Virus record (IMG/VR): IMGVR_UViG_3300011008_000057
Span: 2,205-66,204 of that record
DNA: 64,000 nt
Reading direction: 5' to 3' (one strand)
DNA from: a virus
Taxonomy: Duplodnaviria > Caudoviricetes
Shown: in pieces, positions 36,801 through 43,421 of the stretch
How the letters are laid out: every line of letters begins with the position of its first letter
How positions within the stretch are numbered: position 1 is the stretch's first letter
The notes under the pieces: generated by a model
Told to the model about the DNA's origin: nothing
The model's input: only the letters and a program-made list of their open reading frames with translations
Database searches by the model: none
Program-made: the position numbers and the translations under genes

Positions 36801-39783
36801 ATACAACAACCAGTCGGCCTTCGACGCCATCATCTTCGACATTATCGACAAATGGCACACTGCGGCCTATTACAGCCGTGTGATGCGCAACACCTGTTCC
36901 GACTCTTTGGTTCGTAACCTCGAATGGACGCGATACAGCACCGGAGGCAAGTGGATTCCGAAATGGTGGGACGTCGATATGCAATGTGGATTGCAGCAGT
37001 CTGGTGCCTGTGACGCGGAGCCGATGACCGACCGCGACACCATGCAGAACGGAAACTATGTGCTTTCTGGCCGCGACACCGAAGGTAACTCGTCGTGGTT
37101 GTGGGATGCTCTCGAAAACAACGACGAGTTCATGGATGCCGTGCATAAGATTGACCAAGCCTTGTATGCGGCAGGGTGGACCTACGACAACATCGTGAAG
37201 ATGCAGGACGAGGAATATGTCCAGAAGTGGGCACAGTCGCTTTACAACAAGGATGGCATGACCAAGTATGTGGAGCCGTACTTCAACGGTTACGACTACC
37301 TGACCATGTTCCAAGGCGACCGCACTTCGCACCGCCACTGGTTTGAGCGCACTTCATACGACTATTGGGATGCGAAATGGGCCGTCGGCGAGTTCAAGGA
37401 TAAGAGCGTGTATGTGCGTGCCGGTGGTGCCAACAACCAGAACACGATGTATTTCGTGGCCGGTGCCACTTCGTATTTCGGCTACGGCCAAACCCAAGAC
37501 ATCGCCTTGTCTGGTCTGTATTACGAGAAGGGTGATGCCTTCAGTATGCAGATCCAGTCGCCAACGCCAATCTTGGGTAACGACCCCATCCAAATCTACG
37601 CCTGCGACAAGCTGGACACCATCGACCTGCATGAAATCGCAAGATACATCTGGTCAACGGTGCAACTTGACAAGTGCTATGACGAGGTTACGGGTACGCT
37701 GCTGAAGAAATGCGTCGTTGGCATCAGCAAGGAAGACATGGCCGAAGGCATCATCAACCTGAACGACAATATCGCGTTCACTGGTCTCGACAAGCTGTCG
37801 CGCATGGAATGGTTTGACATCCAAGGATTGTCGGGCGTGACTTCGATTGACCTCAGCGCCATGTCGAACCTGAAGAAGTTCTTTGCCGCAGGAAGCGGGC
37901 TGTTGTCGTTCAACCCTGCCGACGGCGCCGACTTTGAGGCTGTGGAACTGCCCGTCACACTGACTTCCATCGTTGCCAACGGAGTGAGCTTCACCGACAG
38001 CCTTGGCGACTGTGCAATCACATGGTGGGACGATGCAGACGAGGACGAGCTGCCATCAACATTGCTTGTGCTTCGTCTTGTTGGCATGGGCAGCGACTCA
38101 GGAACGCATGAGTTGGTACATCAATGGTGCGCCATGCTGCGTGACAACCCGTCGCTCATTGCCAGCGCACAGATCCAATACCGCAATATCAACTGGACCG
38201 ACATCGACATCGACGACTTGCTGACCCTGGCACAGATTCCTGCGGCGCAACGTGACCTTACGGGCTATGTGAAATGCACCACGGAATACACCACGGCGCA
38301 GATGTCGGCCTTGATGGAGGCTTTCGGCGAGAATGTGTTCGCATTGGCCAATGCTTCGAGTAGCCTTTGCTGCGACTGCGACAGCAGAAACATCATCGTT
38401 TCTGCATCTGGCAACGGCGTTTCCGTTGACGCATACGGTGTGATCGAGGTGATGCAGGGCGAGTCGGCACAGCTTCAGGCCGTCGGTTTCCCCATCCTTG
38501 GAGAAGCACCTGTGTATGAATGGCATGTGCTGATTGACGGCGACTTCTTGTCAGGATCAGACTTCAATCCGAACATACCGTTCGACAGATGCACGCTTGG
38601 CTACCTTACTGGCATTCTGTCGACCACCGAATGTTCGGACGATGACCTTGAATATACCATCTATGTGGAGCGCAACACAGGCGGCAACGGAACCGCTACG
38701 GTGCGTGTCAAGAAACGCACCTATCCTACGGTCGCTATGATAGAGTTGACGCATTCACAGGCACCTGTCAGCGAATTGGAAGGCGTTCTGCAAATCCTTA
38801 CCAGAGGCCACTACCTGTTTGACGCATCGCACAAGCGTATCGTGAACAATGTCGAGGTTCCTTATACTGGGCGCATGGAATTGGTGAATGGTGGCGTTTG
38901 GAATCTGGTTGGAGCAGACTCTGACTATGTTGCTGCTTGCACTTCGGACTACCTGGAGGGCAAGACCGGATTCGACGAGTATTGCCTGCAAGTCGCGGCG
39001 TTGCCAGACGAAGATGTCAACATGAAGTTGCAGTACCAGTCGAACTGGCGCAACGGCCTTACGCTGACGGCGCAAGAGCTTGACATTTGCCTGACGACCA
39101 TCTTGAACAATGTGGTTACCAACTCAGCGCTTACAGGCAATGTGCCCTTGTTTAACGCGCTTGAGGCCGCAGGACTTGCACACACAGACGAAAACTCATT
39201 CAATTCAATGGAGCTGAAAAACCTCAGCGGCACACTGCGTATTGGGGATCTTATAGACCCATCACTTCTGTTGAATTTCGAGAGCACTGGGCGTAATGTC
39301 TTGCCTTTCTTCAAGAATGTCGGCAACCTTGATCTCAGCGGATGCGCCAATCTCGTTGGCGTATCACTGGTTCAGATGACTTGGCTGACAGGATTCAAGG
39401 CGAAGGGCTGTGTGGCGCTCGAATCCATCGACATGGCATCATTGACACACATTGCCTCAATTGTTGCAGAATGTTTCATGGGTTGCAACGCACTGAGAAC
39501 ACTTGTGTTTCCGACAACGGTTACGTCAATAGGCATTGACGCATTTGTGGGAACAAGTGAATTGCTTGAGGTGAAATACGCAGCCGACAGGACCCTTCCC
39601 TTGCAAGATTCAGGCATCGTTGTGTCGAAAGGCTCGTTGTTCGTCAACGACAACAAAGTGGCATCATACACAGGCTTTGAAGAATCCGTCGAACCCATTT
39701 CTGATTGGGGAGAGACCGCATTGATGTGGCCAGACGGAACCAGGATGCGCTTCGCCGATGGAAGCACGGCGTTGCTATATTAA
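33835..39783 (+). CDS. Giant tail/adhesin protein (1982 aa) with LamG-like, CotH-kinase-like and LRR regions
   Basis: GIKIFYLRTYD (LamG-like end), DSLVRN...WWDVD (CotH-like), LDLSGCANL / LRTLVFPTTVTSIG (LRR/BspA-like). Confidence 0.65.
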   Translation: MAKKIINLPILAEKWLAAWTRLKDYFANGTFAEKFIRHDEKPFVRWYDAGNRVYREFPDEEKMMAWVEAYENGTLDEHPEIRAYEFTEGFTAPAPYTISFISLKDNQYFLIGDDGKTSGVTIGYSFKTVDGSNGVDEILESVDAYYTFQSTSGTHQTSKIYNAGTTVNMNIDEFLHLGTNTITIHLRGRSTGAMRTTIVTYYVVQLKISTTFDISRSILPNTNFSCTYTVTGQADKTVRFYVDGKLEHSPIISSLESTATRTQIFKNTDGKYQPGKHTLQVQAEMMAGDSIFTSNLLYYEFVITGIDQTVILIENVFPRTQPVLIGEQPGLTGKQYITKSLNWAYYSSDVQQQSATITWRLFANGNETTLATRNADVVHAETDRKPDPLTFMPTEYGTYQLQALIGGEVIEPSYSIAISENTEIFEAREGLTMKLSGLGRSNDEPQETLQSWADRGYSCQFSNMPFNGNSGYFDDAVVFNNGATGLINNKPFAEEIAVQSRNGNVVEIDFMSFNVDENDAVIFQIGDPSIGPALTIYPTKAVLKSRAGTEIVARFKADERVKLAFITHPNAQGHTQYPRFMTVSNNGVLAPAVVYDITDNFNIGRMADTNDTYGMIRIGNADGKAGIKIFYLRTYDAVINEVQELNNYIIDSGKDLAAMIAKNNIYQTGSVSTVDIDKIEGMVPLVKITGDVTPMIATQSKATIFGAMEITFPESPELNISCSNAQFSNAGQSTLGLHMPPSMHVKLDKNGNVVFDRDGNPLYKNRWAFRKGNIPEKKFRLQANPMDSSCCHNGSFLRMVNETYKKAQVNGEYVLRIPAQQYVLSGQYASDMAQRHGGDAKDYEFPYNINFVPDSRPCVVVWRANENTPYTMLGLYVLMEEKKANYANGMRSIYDKIATDGTLDPYDFKSGTKGSRLWDNDGCRQVENLRNDIYTLFTSANGWDANASAREMAYELIYPDPDDIIADGGDVDDYWEEFGEEVVKPIAATYNNQSAFDAIIFDIIDKWHTAAYYSRVMRNTCSDSLVRNLEWTRYSTGGKWIPKWWDVDMQCGLQQSGACDAEPMTDRDTMQNGNYVLSGRDTEGNSSWLWDALENNDEFMDAVHKIDQALYAAGWTYDNIVKMQDEEYVQKWAQSLYNKDGMTKYVEPYFNGYDYLTMFQGDRTSHRHWFERTSYDYWDAKWAVGEFKDKSVYVRAGGANNQNTMYFVAGATSYFGYGQTQDIALSGLYYEKGDAFSMQIQSPTPILGNDPIQIYACDKLDTIDLHEIARYIWSTVQLDKCYDEVTGTLLKKCVVGISKEDMAEGIINLNDNIAFTGLDKLSRMEWFDIQGLSGVTSIDLSAMSNLKKFFAAGSGLLSFNPADGADFEAVELPVTLTSIVANGVSFTDSLGDCAITWWDDADEDELPSTLLVLRLVGMGSDSGTHELVHQWCAMLRDNPSLIASAQIQYRNINWTDIDIDDLLTLAQIPAAQRDLTGYVKCTTEYTTAQMSALMEAFGENVFALANASSSLCCDCDSRNIIVSASGNGVSVDAYGVIEVMQGESAQLQAVGFPILGEAPVYEWHVLIDGDFLSGSDFNPNIPFDRCTLGYLTGILSTTECSDDDLEYTIYVERNTGGNGTATVRVKKRTYPTVAMIELTHSQAPVSELEGVLQILTRGHYLFDASHKRIVNNVEVPYTGRMELVNGGVWNLVGADSDYVAACTSDYLEGKTGFDEYCLQVAALPDEDVNMKLQYQSNWRNGLTLTAQELDICLTTILNNVVTNSALTGNVPLFNALEAAGLAHTDENSFNSMELKNLSGTLRIGDLIDPSLLLNFESTGRNVLPFFKNVGNLDLSGCANLVGVSLVQMTWLTGFKAKGCVALESIDMASLTHIASIVAECFMGCNALRTLVFPTTVTSIGIDAFVGTSELLEVKYAADRTLPLQDSGIVVSKGSLFVNDNKVASYTGFEESVEPISDWGETALMWPDGTRMRFADGSTALLY

Positions 39784-39806
39784 ACTAACCAAAAAAAATA
39801 TCTATT

Positions 39807-41306
39807 ATGGCAGGAAAGAAAATAAACGATCCATCCTTGCTTGTCAATTCAGTGACAGGCGATCACATGATTCCCGTTGCAGACCCGAACTCCAATGCGC
39901 CAAAGGTTTGCACTGTAGACCAAATCTTCCTCTATCTTGAAGCAGCTCTTGGCGTCAACGAGATCCCTGTTTTCTCCACAACGTCAGACTATGCCGCGCC
40001 GGACCTGGTTAAGTACAATAACGTGCTTTATAGGTTCGTGGCTTATAAAGCTGCTGGCGTATGGGATTCGTCGAAGGTGGTGCAAACGAGTATCTTCGAG
40101 GAATTGCAGGCCATGCGAGACGGCGACAACGAGACCGTAAACGTCACCGTTGCATCTGGTGATAACAACCTTAACATTGAAGGATTGGTTGTCACGATGG
40201 AAGCGAACGGGGCTGTTACCAACGCGACGACAGATGAAAACGGCATTGCAACGTTTTCGGTTGCGAAAGGTGTGAAATACACGCTCTCGATGAGCGACCA
40301 GCAGGGGTATTATCATGTACCCACAAAGGCGTTCCGAGCAACCTACAATGAACGTTATGTGTTGTTCAATTTTGTGCCAAATGTGGAAACATTGACGGGA
40401 TATGAGGCCGTGAATGTATGCCTTTCCGTAGGTACGACGGGCGGAACGAGTGTGTTCCAGGAATCGAACGGCGAGAATGTGCAATACATCATAGATGGCG
40501 ACAGCGAGACCCACAATGCAGAAATCAACAACGGCTGGGCGGTTTTCAATGTGCCTATCAATTCGCATTACACCATCATTTTCCCACAAATTAGCGGATT
40601 CTCTCAGCCTCAAAACATGCAGTTTGTGGCTTCGTTGGAAAACAGGTATGTCATGGCTTATTATGCTTGGTATATTGGCGATGACGACATCCGCATCCTT
40701 GCCGACGATGACGTGGAATACACAATCGCAGCTTATGACGCATTGGCCACAAAGCCTACGGGAATCGCCATCCACGTTCAGCCGCTCAATTTGCTTTCGA
40801 AGGCAAGCGGACTTAATGATGGCAAGGCTTGCGATTTCTATATCGATGTCAATCTTGTTACTGCAAGCAAACAAATCCTCAACCAAAACGTTAACATCAC
40901 TGGTCTTCCGCAAATCGGTGGCTCGACGAGCGGTGTTGAGGCTTCGGACTGTCACTACAATCTTACTGGGATGCTCAATACGAGCAAAATACTTGAATTT
41001 GTCCAAAACAATAGCGGTTATACAAGTGCCGCAGCGACATGGGCGAGTGAGAAGACGCTGACCACCAATTCGAGAACTCTTACAGGATTCATAGGCGCGT
41101 TTGGTCAGCTGTGGGCCATCAAGTCCGCGCTTACTTCGATAAATGCAGCATTGGCTTTAACATCTGGAAAAGTGTTAAATATTAATAACGGCACCTGGTG
41201 GAGTTCCACCCAGTACAATTACGACACCATGTGGCGCCTGAATGGTGGCAGTCCCAACGGCAACGGCAAGAACTACAGTTACACTGTCCTGCCGTTGTTC
41301 GCTTAA
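39807..41306 (+). CDS. DGR target protein, putative receptor-binding tail adhesin with C-terminal CLec-type VR
   Basis: C-terminus WWSSTQYN...W...G......K.YSYTVLPLFA is encoded by VR; CBM-like and Ig-like repeats lie upstream. Confidence 0.9.
   Translation: MAGKKINDPSLLVNSVTGDHMIPVADPNSNAPKVCTVDQIFLYLEAALGVNEIPVFSTTSDYAAPDLVKYNNVLYRFVAYKAAGVWDSSKVVQTSIFEELQAMRDGDNETVNVTVASGDNNLNIEGLVVTMEANGAVTNATTDENGIATFSVAKGVKYTLSMSDQQGYYHVPTKAFRATYNERYVLFNFVPNVETLTGYEAVNVCLSVGTTGGTSVFQESNGENVQYIIDGDSETHNAEINNGWAVFNVPINSHYTIIFPQISGFSQPQNMQFVASLENRYVMAYYAWYIGDDDIRILADDDVEYTIAAYDALATKPTGIAIHVQPLNLLSKASGLNDGKACDFYIDVNLVTASKQILNQNVNITGLPQIGGSTSGVEASDCHYNLTGMLNTSKILEFVQNNSGYTSAAATWASEKTLTTNSRTLTGFIGAFGQLWAIKSALTSINAALALTSGKVLNINNGTWWSSTQYNYDTMWRLNGGSPNGNGKNYSYTVLPLFA
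41187..41302 (+). repeat. DGR variable repeat (VR), 116 nt
   Basis: Aligns ungapped to 41994-42109 with 12 mismatches, all at TR adenines. Confidence 0.97.
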
Positions 41307-41319
41307 TCAATCCATCCCT

Positions 41320-41351
41320 TCCGTAGGGCATCGCAAAGCGTGCCCTACGGA
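41320..41351 (+). other. DGR target-recognition hairpin/cruciform
   Basis: TCCGTAGGGCA-T-CGC-AAA-GCG-TGCCCTACGGA: 11-bp perfect stem plus 3 bp, 13 nt after the target stop codon. Confidence 0.85.
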
Positions 41352-41429
41352 CTTTATCACTTTAATGATTATTTTGTCGATTTTCTGAAGAAAGTTGAAC
41401 AGAATCGGTTTTTGTATGCGGAAAAGCGC

Positions 41430-41437
41430 TATTTTTG
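41430..41437 (+). promoter_or_regulatory. Bacteroidota -7 element upstream of avd
   Basis: TATTTTTG followed by CAC, 33 nt before the avd ATG. Confidence 0.5.
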
Positions 41438-41470
41438 CACGCTTTACAAGCGTGCAAAAATAGTTTTTGA

Positions 41471-41824
41471 ATGGCACTAACAAAGGATTTGGCGATACAC
41501 AAGGAATGTCTCAAGTTGCTGCATCTGGTTGACGTTGCTGTGGTAAACATGGATCGGTTCCAGAAATACAATATAGGCAACAGGATGTTCAATTATGTGC
41601 TTGACATGCGAGAACATATTGGTCATGCAAACAGGAGGAAGGGGCGGGAACGAATAGATGCGCTCAACGATTTGCTGGAGAAAAACGATAGTCTGGATTC
41701 GCTCGTCAATTATTGTCTTGAGTATCGCTATTTGAGCTTGCGGCAAGTGTCGGAAATTTCAAAGTCGATTGAGGTTGTAGGCAAGCAGGCGACCGCTTGG
41801 CGGAATTCGACAAAGGATGAATAA
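41471..41824 (+). CDS. avd: DGR accessory variability determinant (Avd-like four-helix bundle)
   Basis: 117 aa; DLAIHKEC..L...MDRFQKYNIGNRM...IGHAN...VGKQATAW; lies between target and TR. Confidence 0.85.
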   Translation: MALTKDLAIHKECLKLLHLVDVAVVNMDRFQKYNIGNRMFNYVLDMREHIGHANRRKGRERIDALNDLLEKNDSLDSLVNYCLEYRYLSLRQVSEISKSIEVVGKQATAWRNSTKDE

Positions 41825-41851
41825 GATTACAAGTTTGAAATATTGATATAC

Positions 41852-42152
41852 AAAAAAGAGGAACGAAGCCCACAGTCAGATTCGGTTTGTCGTACTGCGC
41901 TTCCGAGAGCACTGCGGGATGGATTGATAAGGGCATACTACCGTCTCTCTGGCAAGAGGCCAGAATCGGTTACTTCAAATAAGCGTATGCAGCAACGGCA
42001 CCTGGTGGAGTTCCACCCAGTACAATAACAACAACATGTGGAACATGAATGGTGGAAGTCCCAACAACAACAACAAGAACAACAGTTACACTGTCCTGCC
42101 GTTGTTCGCCTGTCAGACTTGCGCATTACTGCGGGACGGGTTCCTCTTTTTT
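41852..42152 (+). ncRNA. Putative DGR template RNA (leader + TR + 3' spacer)
   Basis: Ends are complementary: AAAAAAGAGGAAC (41852-64) pairs with GTTCCTCTTTTTT (42140-52), enclosing TR. Confidence 0.6.
41994..42109 (+). repeat. DGR template repeat (TR), 116 nt
   Basis: AAC-rich invariant copy of VR (40 adenines, 13 AAY codons), intergenic between avd and RT. Confidence 0.97.
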
Positions 42153-42164
42153 TCTTGATTCGCA

Positions 42165-43373
42165 ATGTCAGATTGGGTCACTATAGAAGACATAGAGGAG
42201 GCTTACTTCGATTTTCTGCGCCACAAGCGGAGCAAGCGGTCGGCCTATTTGTTTTCTATCACAGCACATCATGAGCTTCCGCGCCTTTGCTAGGAATTGA
42301 ACAGCCACACTTACGAAATCGGTGATAGCATTGCATTCTGTGTCACAAGGCCAAAACTACGCGAGGTGTTTGCTGCCGACTCACGCGACAGAATCGTACA
42401 CCATTTACTCATCCTCAAATTTGGCGACATGTTTGAGCATTATAGCATAAACAACTCGTTCAACTGCCGTAAAGGTAAGGGAAATACTGCAATGACACGG
42501 TTCGCGCATGAAGCATTGACACAGGTAGGCAAAGACGGATGGGTGATGAAGCTCGATGTGAAAGGATGCTTCATGAGCATTGACAAAGACATTCTATGGT
42601 CGAAGCTCAGTTATGCGGTTTCCGATTGGTGTGACAGGTCCGATGAGCTTCGCGACCATAAGGAAGATTGGCTGTGGTTATGGAAAAAGGTGGTGTACCA
42701 TCGCCCTGAACAGCATTGCATCATTCATGGTGATCCGAATCTTTTCAAAAAACTGCCCGCTGACAAGACTCTTTTCAAGACGAAAGGGAAGGGGCTCGCA
42801 ATAGGCAACCTCACTTCGCAGATGCTTGCCAACTTCTATTTTTCGGAAATGGACCATCGACTTGCCGCAATCGCGGCCCGTCATGGTGGTTATTACGGAA
42901 GATACATGGACGACATCTTTTCGGCTTATCCAAATAAGGAAGAGATGACCGACACCATACAAGTTGTTAGAGAAGAATTGTCAAATCTTTGCATGAGAAT
43001 CAATCCGAAAAAGGTCTATATACAAAGGGCATGTCTTTCGGTTTCTGTGATCGGAACAGTACACTGCGACGATAGGATCTATGTCGGAAAGAGAACGATG
43101 GGGAACGCATGGAACCTTTTGAAAGAGATAGAAGGTTACACCGACGAATATTGCGAGGAAAACGCAGAGAAGATTGCATCACGAATTAATGCCTACATGG
43201 GCTTCATGCGCGATGGCTGCACCTACAAGAAACGCAAGTGGTTGTGGGACAACATCCCTCAAAATTTCCGCAGGCTCACCTACTGCAAAAACATGAAGGT
43301 GGTGAAGGTCAAGAACATTTATAAAAAGAAGCACCAACGTGATTTGTCGCTCCATAAAATAGCACGTCGATGA
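42165..43373 (+). pseudogene. DGR reverse transcriptase with in-frame TAG at codon 43 (42291-93)
   Basis: MSDWVTIEDIEEAYFDFLRHKRSK...LPRLC*ELNSHTYEIG...PKLREVFAADSRDRIVHH; GLAIGNLTSQ and RYMDD motifs. Confidence 0.85.
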
Positions 43374-43400
43374 AACCTTTTTGCGGTTCGCAAGCCTATT
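43373..43400 (+). promoter_or_regulatory. Putative phage late promoter (post-DGR tail operon)
   Basis: AAAC (43373-76)-N19-CTATT (43396-400). Confidence 0.6.
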
Positions 43401-43421
43401 CATTATAATAATGGCGTTGCG

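Noticed and set aside
39782-39806. Seventh late promoter before the DGR target (AAAC...CTATT)
   Set aside because: The spacer is only 16 nt and CTATT directly abuts the ATG, so the TSS would fall inside the CDS.
42020-42090. AAC tandem runs as a microsatellite or CRISPR array
   Set aside because: These are the Asn codons of the DGR template repeat. No repeat-spacer array or cas gene was seen in the window.
41843-42274. ORFs 41843-42028 and 42038-42274 as proteins
   Set aside because: They are off-frame translations of TR and its structured flanks (poly-Q comes from AAC repeats); the region is best explained as non-coding RNA plus the RT 5' end.
42291-42293. Genome-wide TAG-to-Gln recoding (code 15, as in some crAss-like and Lak phages) as an explanation for the RT amber
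   Set aside because: Several genes end naturally at TAG (846, 19692, 54660, 58966). No other long ORF is interrupted by TAG, and neither tRNA has a CTA anticodon.
42297-43373. TTG 42297 as the true RT start (ORF track)
   Set aside because: The conserved DGR-RT N-terminal helix is encoded in frame upstream from ATG 42165.
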